This document shows, piece after piece, positions 19,267-28,802 of a stretch of DNA of 64,000 nucleotides; position 1 is the stretch's first letter, and the number at the start of each line of letters is the position of its first letter. A program made the position numbers and the translations under genes. The stretch is from Candidatus Latescibacterota bacterium (GTDB lineage: Bacteria; Latescibacterota; UBA2968), in the NCBI GenBank assembly GCA_965207885.1, contig OZ242311.1:1536001-1600000 (forward strand). The letters are read 5' to 3'. The notes under the pieces were generated by a model that had not been told where the DNA came from, made no database searches, and saw only the letters and a program-made list of their open reading frames with translations.

Positions 19267-20559
19267 TCACCTCTTCACGCGCCTGTACCAATTTTGCAAC
19301 ACATCGTACAAATGCGCCTGTTTCTCAGCATTTTTGGGATCACCCAACAGATTATTCATCTCATAGGGATCATTCTCCAAATCGAACAGATGTGTTGCCT
19401 CAAAACTCTCTTTCTGCACCACCAGCTTAAATGCGCCTTCGCGCACCATACACCAGGGCTGCATTTCTGAAAACACAGGTCGGTCTAAAGTTTGCGAAGG
19501 ATCGCTCACCACAGGCGCGAAACTATCGCCCTCTACCGAAGGCTCGGGAGGTTGCCCCGCATAATCTACACACGTCGCAAAAAAATCCACACCAGACACC
19601 AGATCATCCACCACCGCACCTGAAGCACCTCCCGGTGCGCGAACAATCAGGGGAATGCGACTCGACTCCTCCCAAGCCTTGCCCTTATTCGTCTCTCCGT
19701 GGCTGCCCTGCAAATCCCCGTGATCCGACGTGAACATCACCACCGTATTATCCCGTAACCCGATGCGATCCAGCGCATCCATCATCCGCCCCACATTTGC
19801 ATCCAACTGCGTCACCATCGCGTAATACGCGCGCAGATATTCATCGAGATCATTGCCATAGCGTTGATAAATCGGGTCGTTCTCCTGCGGTTTGGGACTC
19901 GGCGGGCTATGCGTTCTCGTATAGGGATCAACCTCCACACAATTTGGACGTCGCGCAAGAGTCACGCCCCGATACATCTCGTCGTATTCGTATCCCGGTT
20001 GCTCGGGATAATGCGGATTCTGATAGGACACAAACAGCGCAAAGGGTGCGTTTTCCGCCATCTTCTCCATGCGCTCAATCGCAATATCACTCGTCACATC
20101 CGTTCTGTGATCATCATACCAATGCTCATCGCCCGCTTCATCGTAAAATTTCACACTGTGCAAAAAATCGTTATAACACTGATACCCGATAAACTCCGTA
20201 AAATCCGCCCGCAACTCGGGTGGGATCCACACATTACCCGTTGCGCCCAAATGCCACTTGCCCACCCAACCGGTTCGATACCCCGCGTCATTCAGCGCGC
20301 CTGCCAGTGTACGCGTCCCCTCGGGAATATACCGCCCATTGCGCAACGTATCTGTCTGCGACCCGTATTGTCCCGAAATCAGCGTCGCGCGAAACGGCGT
20401 ACAAACCGGTGCATTGGAATAACAATTGCGAAACAAAACCCCTTCACGCGCCAGCTTGTCCAGATTTGGCGTATGAATATCCTCAGTACCCATACACCCC
20501 ATCGCGAAAGCGTGCATCTGATCGGCAAAAAGAAAAAGAATATTCGGTCTATCGCTCAT
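19267..20559 (-). CDS. Sulfatase (Cys-type, formylglycine-dependent)
   Basis: RPNILFLFADQ, TPNLDKLA, CTPFR, GKWHL, SDHGD. Confidence 0.95.
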   Translation of the reverse strand: MSDRPNILFLFADQMHAFAMGCMGTEDIHTPNLDKLAREGVLFRNCYSNAPVCTPFRATLISGQYGSQTDTLRNGRYIPEGTRTLAGALNDAGYRTGWVGKWHLGATGNVWIPPELRADFTEFIGYQCYNDFLHSVKFYDEAGDEHWYDDHRTDVTSDIAIERMEKMAENAPFALFVSYQNPHYPEQPGYEYDEMYRGVTLARRPNCVEVDPYTRTHSPPSPKPQENDPIYQRYGNDLDEYLRAYYAMVTQLDANVGRMMDALDRIGLRDNTVVMFTSDHGDLQGSHGETNKGKAWEESSRIPLIVRAPGGASGAVVDDLVSGVDFFATCVDYAGQPPEPSVEGDSFAPVVSDPSQTLDRPVFSEMQPWCMVREGAFKLVVQKESFEATHLFDLENDPYEMNNLLGDPKNAEKQAHLYDVLQNWYRRVKR

Positions 20560-20573
20560 CTATTGCTCCTTTG

Positions 20574-20653
20574 TACGAATCAACGAATCTACGAATTGAA
20601 GCTCGTAACGACTTTGGGTGGTGGAGCGGGGTTCGTCTATTCGTCTATTCGTG
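20574..20653. repeat. Inverted octamer tandem-repeat hairpin
   Basis: ACGAAT at 20575, 20583, 20591 and (A/G)TTCGT at 20631, 20639, 20647, each with 8-bp period. Confidence 0.7.
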
Positions 20654-20663
20654 CTTTTATTTT

Positions 20664-21674
20664 TTAAAATCTCGACCCTTCAAATTCCCCAAACGGCGAC
20701 GAAACCCCGACACTATCGCCCACTTTCTCCAGCAGATCGCGGTGCTCATCAGTCATGGCAATACCGATCTCGCGGTGCTCTCTTTCCCATTGCCATTCCA
20801 TACCGCCAGCCAACTCGGCGCGATCGTGTCCCGGCAGGGGTTTTGTGGCACGCGCCTCGCCGACATAGCGATCCATCTCCCGCTTAAACATCTCCACATC
20901 GGCAAATCGCCTCACGTCAAACACCGCAATAAACGCACCTTGATGCGGCGCTGCACCTTTGCCTTCACCTGTAAACTCATATCCTTCATTCCAGATACCC
21001 GCCAAAATCCCCCCCATCGCCTGTAGCACAGCCGCCAGCCCCAATCCCTTGAAAACCGCCGCGGGAAACCTCTCGAATGATTCTTCACTATATGGGATAA
21101 AGTGCGCTGCCATATCCATAACCAGAGGGGGTTGTTCGCCAGCGGGCACGGCAATACTAATCGGCGATCCACCTGACGCACTCATAACCGTCGCATCTGG
21201 ACGCGGGCGATAGCGATGAGAAGACAGAGCCATCCCGATACAATCGCTGGCAAGAACCATACGGGAATAATTGCCCGCTGCCCCAAAGTGGAAGTGATTG
21301 CGCGTCGTCACCGTACTCACCCCCACCTTTAACGCCTTTTCAATCGCCATCTCCGTTCCCCGATGCGATGGGAAATATCCCAACCCGCCATCCCCATCCA
21401 GTATAGCAGTCGCCTCTGACTCGGACACCACCGTCACATTGGGCTGTGGATTGGTATGCCCATTCTTCATTTCGGATATATAACTGTGCACCTGACGCGT
21501 ACCGTGGCTGAACACACAGCGCAAATCATTTGCCGTCAACGTAACCGCCATGTGCTGCGCGTGTTCTTCAGACGTACCCACAGCGAGAAAAAGCTCACGA
21601 ACATAAGCTTCCATCACCTCGCCTGGCACGCGAATCCCGTGATCTGGATGTGAATTGAACAATCGCGATGGCAT
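20664..21674 (-). CDS. Ldh_2 family (malate/L-lactate/ureidoglycolate-type) oxidoreductase
   Basis: DLR.V.SHG, LDGDGGLG, RNHFHFGAAG.Y, DMA. Confidence 0.9.
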   Translation of the reverse strand: MPSRLFNSHPDHGIRVPGEVMEAYVRELFLAVGTSEEHAQHMAVTLTANDLRCVFSHGTRQVHSYISEMKNGHTNPQPNVTVVSESEATAILDGDGGLGYFPSHRGTEMAIEKALKVGVSTVTTRNHFHFGAAGNYSRMVLASDCIGMALSSHRYRPRPDATVMSASGGSPISIAVPAGEQPPLVMDMAAHFIPYSEESFERFPAAVFKGLGLAAVLQAMGGILAGIWNEGYEFTGEGKGAAPHQGAFIAVFDVRRFADVEMFKREMDRYVGEARATKPLPGHDRAELAGGMEWQWEREHREIGIAMTDEHRDLLEKVGDSVGVSSPFGEFEGSRF

Positions 21675-21686
21675 AAATCCTCCTTC

Positions 21687-23162
21687 TCACGCATGCCATT
21701 GAATCTGGGGCATATCGGATTTTGGTGGTGGAGGCCAGTGCTGTCCGCGCTGGCTGGTCAGCCCCCGGTTGGGACCGGGGTGATACGGCTGGTCTGGCAG
21801 GCCCACCAACTGTCCATTCTCGACCCATGTTTCATCCTCGCCGTAAAGTTCGCCAATCAAGAGCGCGGTTAACCGCGCCAGAATCTCGGCGTGTTGCGGA
21901 TCGGAAGACAAATCCACGAGTTCCTGGGGATCGTCTTTCAGATCAAAAAGCTGCCGACAATTTCCCACAGAATAGTAGATCAACTTGTAGCGGCCATCGC
22001 AAATCATCCGCGTCGAATGGGCATCTTCGCCAACCTCGCCGTAAAACCAATCCCGCTCTTGCTCGCCAACCATCGACATTCCCTCCACAGTATCGGGAAT
22101 ATCTATCCCCGCCAGATCCAGCAACGTGGGCATCACATCTTGCCACCCCACCAGGCGATCATCCACGCGATTGAACCCGACCCGCTCATCGCCAGCAGTA
22201 CCGAGCAAAATCATCGGAATATTGGCCGACCCCTCGTAGAAAAGCCGCTTCGCCAGCATATTGTGATTGCCCAACATATCACCGTGATCCGACGTAAAAC
22301 AAATAACCGTATTGTCGAGCAAGCCCTCCTCCCTCAGCGTGCCGATCAGCACGCGCAGGCTGTGGTCAATATGAGTACACAGGGCATAAAAGGCACGCCG
22401 CGCCATCTCAATTTGAACCGCACTGTGTTTGTCTCCTCGCGCAGTCATCGATTGAAGACTATAGGGAAGATTTCCAGACTGAACCCAATCGCCCATAAAC
22501 GGCGTATCCATCTCCACATCCCGATAAAAATCCAGATACTTCTGCAACGGCACAATCGGCGGATGTGGATGCCGATAGGAAATAAACCAGAACGAAGGGC
22601 GCGTGGGATCTCGCCTTTTAATAAATCGCGCCATATTTTGAGTCGCCCAATTTGTCGCATGGGTTTCGTCGGGCAAATGCCAGGGTATCGCACTATACTC
22701 GTTATTGCTCATGCCGTGATTAAAATGCTGGCCCGCATAGCCCTGATCGCCTAAAAAAAGCTCGTAATCGTCGAGAACTCCGTACTGCGTGCGCCCCTCC
22801 TCGTCTAAAATCACATCGTCAAACCCAATGCGATCCCGCTGCGGAAACACATGCAACTTACCCACGGCATACGCCTGATAACCCGCATTGCGAAATGTCT
22901 GCGCCATCGTTGGCATATCGGGCATTTCGAGCGTCTCCTTAAACACCCGATCCCCGTGTGTTCGCGGCGTGGTGCCCGTCATCAATGTGCGTCGCGCCGG
23001 AATGCACACCGGGCATTCGGCATAACAATTGGTAAAACGCACGCCACTTCGCGCCAATTCATCCAGCGTTGGCGTCTGAATAACAGGATGGCCAGCACAT
23101 CCCAAAAGATGCGCTGGCCAGTGGTCTGTCGAAATCAACAAGACGTTCGGTTGTGCAGACAT
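21687..23162 (-). CDS. Sulfatase (Cys-type)
   Basis: Likely start MSAQPNVLL at 23162; CIPAR, GKLH, SDHGDMLG. Confidence 0.94.
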   Translation of the reverse strand: MSAQPNVLLISTDHWPAHLLGCAGHPVIQTPTLDELARSGVRFTNCYAECPVCIPARRTLMTGTTPRTHGDRVFKETLEMPDMPTMAQTFRNAGYQAYAVGKLHVFPQRDRIGFDDVILDEEGRTQYGVLDDYELFLGDQGYAGQHFNHGMSNNEYSAIPWHLPDETHATNWATQNMARFIKRRDPTRPSFWFISYRHPHPPIVPLQKYLDFYRDVEMDTPFMGDWVQSGNLPYSLQSMTARGDKHSAVQIEMARRAFYALCTHIDHSLRVLIGTLREEGLLDNTVICFTSDHGDMLGNHNMLAKRLFYEGSANIPMILLGTAGDERVGFNRVDDRLVGWQDVMPTLLDLAGIDIPDTVEGMSMVGEQERDWFYGEVGEDAHSTRMICDGRYKLIYYSVGNCRQLFDLKDDPQELVDLSSDPQHAEILARLTALLIGELYGEDETWVENGQLVGLPDQPYHPGPNRGLTSQRGQHWPPPPKSDMPQIQWHA

Positions 23163-23223
23163 AAAATTCCTCGCGTTTCGGTTGGCAGTTATCAACCTCT
23201 CTGACGAGCCGTGATACAGAGAC

Positions 23224-23252
23224 TTGACACCGTGCAAAAGGTTCACTAAGTT
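23224..23252 (+). promoter_or_regulatory. Putative sigma70 promoter
   Basis: TTGACA-17 nt-TAAGTT upstream of the ATG at 23307. Confidence 0.5.
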
Positions 23253-23306
23253 CGATTGTTAGCTATTAGTTGTCTTTCAAAAAGCTGCGTTTTGTGGGAG
23301 ATTGCC

Positions 23307-24446
23307 ATGGCGACAATTGTTGATGGCAAAAAAAGGATTCCATTTTTGCGGGGCATGCTGGCGCACTACTTAATTGAGCATGGATTCGCATTCCAAGAGG
23401 CATACAAATTCGCAGATGGCATCCGTCGGTCACTTCAAAAAGCGAAAGACATCAAAGCCGAAGATATGGCCGACCTGGTTCGTAAACAGGTGCAACGCGA
23501 ATTTGGTGATCGGATAATTGGCGATGCCATCTTTTGGGAACCCACATCGCGACAAATTTTTATCGAAGAAGGCGAAGATAGAACACTATTTTCTCTGGAG
23601 CGGCTTGCCGATTCGCTCGAAGCCATTGGGCTGGATCACGACCTCACACACCAGATTGCCTCAGAGGTTGAGCAACAACTTTCGAGATCACAAGGCACGG
23701 TAATTAAGCGATCACAGATTTTTAAAATCACACTGAAAAGCTTAAAAGACGGCTATGGGTCTCAGTATGCCGGGCGCTATGAGGCCTGGTATCGATTTCG
23801 CAGGGACCAACAGCACAAACCACTCATTATTCTCATCAGCGGCGCAACTGGGGTGGGCAAAACATCCGTGGGAGTGGCATTGGCCAACCAGCTAAAAATT
23901 TCGCGCGTCGCATCCACCGATGCCATTCGACAGATTATGCGGTTGATGATCGCACCCGAACTGATGCCCGCGTTGCACGCCTCCTCATTTTCTGCCTGGC
24001 AACATACAGGTGCAGAATTAGGTGGTGAGCATCCACCAGTAGTGCAGGCATTTCGCGAACAAGCTGTTCGCGTTGGTGTTGGCGTGAGAGCAATGATAGA
24101 GCGCGCCATTGAAGAGCATGTCAACCTGATAATTGACGGGGTACATCTCCTGCCCGATTTGATCGATTTGAGCACCTATAAAGATCAGGCAACATTTATC
24201 TGGATGACCCTGTACTTAGATGACAAAAAGCAATATGCCGAGCGTTTTGAATTTCGCAGTGAAGAAGCAACGCAAAGAACGTCACACCACTATGTAGAAA
24301 ATCTCGATGCCATTTTGGAAATTCAAAAACATATCTTAGAAGTAGGCGAAGCACATCGCATCATAACTGTTGAGAATGTAAATTTTGACGAAACCGTGCA
24401 ATCGCTCTCTGCGCACATTATGGATGTGTTGCGCAAACGCTACTGA
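23307..24446 (+). CDS. 2-phosphoglycerate kinase-like P-loop kinase with two ATP-cone domains
   Basis: Start MATIVDG (RBS GGGAG); PFLRGML and FSLERL cone repeats; PLIILISGATGVGKT, STDAIRQIMR, LHASSF, IIDGVHL.P. Confidence 0.85.
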   Translation: MATIVDGKKRIPFLRGMLAHYLIEHGFAFQEAYKFADGIRRSLQKAKDIKAEDMADLVRKQVQREFGDRIIGDAIFWEPTSRQIFIEEGEDRTLFSLERLADSLEAIGLDHDLTHQIASEVEQQLSRSQGTVIKRSQIFKITLKSLKDGYGSQYAGRYEAWYRFRRDQQHKPLIILISGATGVGKTSVGVALANQLKISRVASTDAIRQIMRLMIAPELMPALHASSFSAWQHTGAELGGEHPPVVQAFREQAVRVGVGVRAMIERAIEEHVNLIIDGVHLLPDLIDLSTYKDQATFIWMTLYLDDKKQYAERFEFRSEEATQRTSHHYVENLDAILEIQKHILEVGEAHRIITVENVNFDETVQSLSAHIMDVLRKRY

Positions 24447-24454
24447 TTGCCCAC

Positions 24455-24760
24455 TCATTTTCTAATAATTACGGCGTATTGAAGCGGGCCATCGCCGATA
24501 TTTTTTATTCCGTGCAAAATACTGCATTCCAGGTGCATGGCTTCACCCGTGTTGACCGAGTGTGCTTGATCTCCGTAAAGAACTTCGCCATTCCCCTTGA
24601 TCACATAGAAAATCTCCCACCCATCGTGTCGGTGTGGCGGGTGGGCGCGCTGACCTGGACCAACTTCTGAAACATGCAAGTGCAAACGATCGGCATCTGT
24701 GCCTTCGGTAAAAAGAAAACGAGAAATGCCCTTGATATCGGTGCGGGTTTCGACAGACAT
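24455..24760 (-). CDS. Cupin domain protein
   Basis: HPPHRH..WEIFYV..G...HGIKN cupin motifs. Confidence 0.88.
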   Translation of the reverse strand: MSVETRTDIKGISRFLFTEGTDADRLHLHVSEVGPGQRAHPPHRHDGWEIFYVIKGNGEVLYGDQAHSVNTGEAMHLECSILHGIKNIGDGPLQYAVIIRK

Positions 24761-24777
24761 AGCTGAACTCCTGAAAA

Positions 24778-25029
24778 TTAATGGGGATGGTCGTCGCAGT
24801 CGGGGCGGTTGGGGTCGTCGGTAAAAGTGCCCGTATCGAGATACTCAAGCGCCTTGGTATAACTACGGCGCTCGAGAAAATGTCTGAGTTGTGCTGGCGT
24901 ATCGCGATCAAGGCTGCGCTGAATATCGTCGAGTTTGAGCAAATGCTCGGCGATATTTTCTTTTTTTTCAATAGCCTCAAACATCTCGATGAGCGTGGAT
25001 CGAATTTCAGCGGCCTGGCTTACTGTCAT
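24778..25029 (-). CDS. Small hypothetical protein
   Basis: RBS GGAGG before ATG 25029; P.QLRHFLERRSY.KAL.YL looks like a conserved motif. Confidence 0.7.
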   Translation of the reverse strand: MTVSQAAEIRSTLIEMFEAIEKKENIAEHLLKLDDIQRSLDRDTPAQLRHFLERRSYTKALEYLDTGTFTDDPNRPDCDDHPH

Positions 25030-25081
25030 GAGGGCCTCCAAAAATAAATATAGAACTTAAAATAGAAGTGTCAAATTATGC

Positions 25082-25137
25082 AAAAAACGCCCGTCGGGAT
25101 CAACGGCTACCGCAGTTGTACACCAATCGACGGGCGT
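25082..25137 (-). terminator. Putative terminator after speD
   Basis: 10-bp stem ACGCCCGTCG/CGACGGGCGT enclosing an inner CAAC/GTTG stem; U-tract on the minus strand. Confidence 0.55.
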
Positions 25138-25172
25138 CTTACTATTTTAATCTCACAAGTTACGGATCACCA

Positions 25173-25568
25173 TCAGCCCCCAAAATTGCGGCTGGAGCCA
25201 GTCTTTGCAGGCGATGCATCGCCTTGCCCACGCCTGAATTGTCGTACTTCGATCCGTGTAGATTGAAGTGCGCGTTTTAAGTGAGTCAAAGCACGCCGCG
25301 GTTTGGTCTGCGTGCCACATGTAAACAGGTCAATAGCTGCAAAACCCTGCTCTGGCCAGGTGTGGATGGTCAGATGGCTCTCCTGAATGACCACAACACC
25401 CGATACCCCAAAAGGCGAAAAGTGATGAAACATGCTATTGATCACCGTGGCACCTGCGCGTTGGGCGGCTTCAATCATAACCGTTTCAAGCCCAGTGACA
25501 TCATTGAGCAGATCGGCGGGGCAACCGTACAGATCGACGAGCAGATGTTTGCTCAGTGCATGGGACAT
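25173..25568 (-). CDS. speD: S-adenosylmethionine decarboxylase proenzyme (class 1B)
   Basis: HHFSPFGVSGVVVIQESHLTIHTWPE (E-S cleavage site), DLFTCG. Confidence 0.93.
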   Translation of the reverse strand: MSHALSKHLLVDLYGCPADLLNDVTGLETVMIEAAQRAGATVINSMFHHFSPFGVSGVVVIQESHLTIHTWPEQGFAAIDLFTCGTQTKPRRALTHLKRALQSTRIEVRQFRRGQGDASPAKTGSSRNFGG

Positions 25569-25576
25569 AGGCTCAT

Positions 25577-26347
25577 TCAGGATAGGATTTTTTCGACATA
25601 TTTACGTGCAGCAGCGCAGGCCTGGACGGGTTCACCCCAGGTGACTTTTTCCAGTTCAATGACAAGTTCGCCCTCATAACCCGCGCCCTTGAGAATACCG
25701 ATAACATCTACAAAAGGCAAATCGCCCTCGCCAAAAGGCACGGGAGTTTCACCCTTCTGATCTCTAAGGTGAACAAGACCAATGCGATCGGCAAAAGCTT
25801 CCGCAAAAGCCCGCACATCGACACCTGCCGACAGCAGATGCCCTGTATCCATCAGCACTTTGGCGCGATCGGGAATCTCGGGCAAAATACCCTGATAATC
25901 TTCGATATTCTCGAACAAATTCCCCTTGTGATTGCCTATGTTGAGGGTAAAGTTAGAGATGCGATCGAGCACGTGATTAATACCCGTAATAAAATCCTCG
26001 CGTGCTTCGTTTGTGCGATCACCGCCTTTGAGATTGGCACACTGTAGCCGCAGAGCGCGAGAAAGATGGATATCCCATTCGACCTGACGCATATTGTATC
26101 TCAGATCGCGTTCGTCCTTGCTGGAATCGCGTCCCGTGATATTGCGAATATTGAGGCCCGTGAGCGTAACGCCTGCATTGTCCAGACGCTCGCGCACCAT
26201 ACGCACCGATGTATCCGCGTGAACCGGCGAACTCTCGGAAAACGTGCGAAAAAGTTCAATGCGATTAAAACCCGCTTCTGTAGCAACGTTCAGCGCATCG
26301 GGCAAAAGTAAATCGGGACAAACGGTCGTGCTAAAAGTAAGTTGCAT
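25577..26347 (-). CDS. Sugar phosphate isomerase/epimerase (xylose isomerase-like TIM barrel)
   Basis: Likely start MQLTFST at 26347; GF..IEL, DTGH, VHLRD, PFGEGDL, GYEG.L.IE.E. Confidence 0.85.
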   Translation of the reverse strand: MQLTFSTTVCPDLLLPDALNVATEAGFNRIELFRTFSESSPVHADTSVRMVRERLDNAGVTLTGLNIRNITGRDSSKDERDLRYNMRQVEWDIHLSRALRLQCANLKGGDRTNEAREDFITGINHVLDRISNFTLNIGNHKGNLFENIEDYQGILPEIPDRAKVLMDTGHLLSAGVDVRAFAEAFADRIGLVHLRDQKGETPVPFGEGDLPFVDVIGILKGAGYEGELVIELEKVTWGEPVQACAAARKYVEKILS

Positions 26348-26403
26348 AAGATTTCTCTTTAAAAAGTTGTAGCCAGTGGTCAGTCCACTCATCCCCTCAC
26401 ATC

Positions 26404-26778
26404 TCACCTTAGATAAAGCACAACATCATCACCCTCGGCCTCCACGCGATAGGTACGCACGCGCAAATCGTCATCCGTAATGGACTTACCGGTCTTCAAC
26501 TCAAACTCCCAGTTGTGCCACGGGCACTTGATAATTTCGTTTTCGCGTTCGTGGCCGATATCGGTAAAGCGCCCACCGCCCACCTCTTCGCCCTCCCAAA
26601 CGACCAGTGGACGCACGCGGCCCTTGCAGATCGGACCCAGGCGGTGGGGACAGATATTGCGCAGAGCATAGAGATTGCCATCCACATTGAGAACACCAAT
26701 TTCCCGGTTATTAATCGTCACAATTTTGCGCTCGCCAGGGGGCAAATCCGCTATTTTCGCTACCCTGTGTTTCGACAT
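26404..26778 (-). CDS. Rieske [2Fe-2S] ferredoxin
   Basis: CPH...CPWHNW; start overlaps the upstream stop codon. Confidence 0.93.
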   Translation of the reverse strand: MSKHRVAKIADLPPGERKIVTINNREIGVLNVDGNLYALRNICPHRLGPICKGRVRPLVVWEGEEVGGGRFTDIGHERENEIIKCPWHNWEFELKTGKSITDDDLRVRTYRVEAEGDDVVLYLR

Positions 26779-27890
26779 CAGAAAAGCCCAAATATTTCGC
26801 TGGCATTCTCGCCCATAATACGCTTTTTCAGATCGCGGTCAATATTGCGAAGGACATGACCGGGTTCATCCCAGTCCCAATGTGGATAGTCACTGGCAAA
26901 AACAAGGGTATCTTCGGCGTGCATCCAGCGCAAATACGTCTCCAGATCTTCCTTTCCTCCCGGTATATCGGGCATAGGTTGCGTGCCCAGGCGAATATGC
27001 TCGCGGATATATTCGCTGGGCAGGCGTTTGACCCACGGCGTATAATCGCGCAGCGCGCGCCAATCGAGATCGAGGTGCCACATAAGACCCGGCAGCCAGA
27101 AAGTATCCATCTCGACAAATATAAAGTGGAAATTCTGGAATTTCTCAAACACGCCTTCCACAACGAGACTGGTGACATGAGCCTGTGCAATTTGAGGCCG
27201 CGCCATCCGCATCTCGAGATAATAGGTGGGATAGCCAGCAGCAGTGGGCGGTGCTGCAAGACCTGCGCCTTCAGCACCGAAATGAACCGAAACGGGCAAC
27301 CCGTGTCTCTCACAGGCCTCGTAAATGGGATGATAGTGGCGGTTGCCAAAAGGCATGCGAGCGCCCGCGGGCATCATAACCTGCACAAAATCCGGATCGG
27401 GACCCAGACGGTCAATTTCCTTGACCGCGAGTTGCGGATCTACAGGACAAATATGGATTGAAGCCCGAAACCGCGGATCGGCACTGATCCAGTGGTCTTT
27501 TGTCCAATCGTTAAACGCACTGCAATAAGCCGATGCGTAATCCGGGTTGTTGTGAACAGCTGCTGCATAAGGCCCACCCGTGAGAACCGCGTAATCTATA
27601 TCATACACATCGAGATGCTTCTCAATACAAACCTGTGGCTGATGGGCGGGATTTTCCTTTGGATCTTCCCACAGATCTTTTCGCGCACCGCCTCCCGGCA
27701 TATTGGTATATCCGAGTCTCGGCATCATCGTACCAAAATCTTTGATATACTCGACAAAGTGGCGCGGCATATACGGATAGAGCGCGTCACCCTTGTCCGG
27801 AGAATGATGTACATCGCAATCTACAATCGTCATTTTTGTAAGCGCATTAGCCCTGCCATTGGCACGCGGGGCAGTTGTAGTAGCAGACAT
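26778..27890 (-). CDS. Amidohydro_2-fold protein, possibly an amidohydrolase-related dinuclear oxygenase
   Basis: DCDVH, PFG.R.Y.PIY, HFGAEG, EGVFEKF, PSEY, FASDYPHWD; coupled to the Rieske gene. Confidence 0.88.
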   Translation of the reverse strand: MSATTTAPRANGRANALTKMTIVDCDVHHSPDKGDALYPYMPRHFVEYIKDFGTMMPRLGYTNMPGGGARKDLWEDPKENPAHQPQVCIEKHLDVYDIDYAVLTGGPYAAAVHNNPDYASAYCSAFNDWTKDHWISADPRFRASIHICPVDPQLAVKEIDRLGPDPDFVQVMMPAGARMPFGNRHYHPIYEACERHGLPVSVHFGAEGAGLAAPPTAAGYPTYYLEMRMARPQIAQAHVTSLVVEGVFEKFQNFHFIFVEMDTFWLPGLMWHLDLDWRALRDYTPWVKRLPSEYIREHIRLGTQPMPDIPGGKEDLETYLRWMHAEDTLVFASDYPHWDWDEPGHVLRNIDRDLKKRIMGENASEIFGLF

Positions 27891-27945
27891 CGCAACCTCC
27901 TATGTGATGGTCAGGAGAATAGATTACTTCCTTTTCAATGTCAAG

Positions 27946-28692
27946 TCAAACGATATCAAACGTACGAGCCACCACCCAATCGGGTCGGGGATTATCCACC
28001 GCACGGGGCTTATTGGATATGGCATTGTACGCGATGATAAATGTCTTGCGTGGCAATGGCGACATATTGTGACCAGAGCCATGCACAATATTGCAATCAA
28101 AAAACAGCACATCGCCCGGCTTTCCCGTAATATGCTCAATATCTTCCTCGCAGATTTTTTCTTTCAGAGTATCTGTATCAATGCACCACTGCTTATAGCT
28201 CGTCGTAACCGTGTCTGCATAGTGCTCCTGGCGCCCCCATTTATGAGACCCCGATACCACCATCAAACAGCCATTGTTGAGCGTGGCCCGATCCAGAAAA
28301 ACCATAGCGGATACGAGACGCGGATCAACTCCATCCCACATCCAGTAGCCATAGTCCTGATGCCACAGCCAGACCGTGCCTTCAAAAGCATCCTTGACAT
28401 TGAGTTTCGAGTGCCAGACATACACATCGTCTTTGAGAACTTGCCGAACGGGATGCAGGATTTCCGGATGACTGATAAGCTCCTGAAAAGCGTCAACACT
28501 CCGATGGGCGAGATAAACCTGACGCACAGCCCCACCGCGTTCGCGTTCCCGATGCAACCCATCGTTCTCCCCACTGAGCAAAAGCGGAACATCGCCATTG
28601 AGTGCATCGACCTCATCGGATGAAAGCAGACCGGGCATAAAAAGATAACCCTGTTCATCGTATTGTGCGAGTTGTTCGTCTGTCCATTTCAT
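27946..28692 (-). CDS. PhyH-family 2-oxoglutarate/Fe(II) dioxygenase (ectoine/proline hydroxylase-like)
   Basis: KLN.K..F.G..W.WHQDY, GSH, VHGSGHNMSP.PR. Confidence 0.92.
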   Translation of the reverse strand: MKWTDEQLAQYDEQGYLFMPGLLSSDEVDALNGDVPLLLSGENDGLHRERERGGAVRQVYLAHRSVDAFQELISHPEILHPVRQVLKDDVYVWHSKLNVKDAFEGTVWLWHQDYGYWMWDGVDPRLVSAMVFLDRATLNNGCLMVVSGSHKWGRQEHYADTVTTSYKQWCIDTDTLKEKICEEDIEHITGKPGDVLFFDCNIVHGSGHNMSPLPRKTFIIAYNAISNKPRAVDNPRPDWVVARTFDIV

Positions 28693-28802
28693 GGGTAACT
28701 CCCAAGTATTGTTAATTCCCCATCACGTGTATCTGAAGCGTTTCAAAACCTTCCAAAAATAAATCGACATCTTTCTCCATAGAAACGGGTGCAGTCGTGT
28801 TC

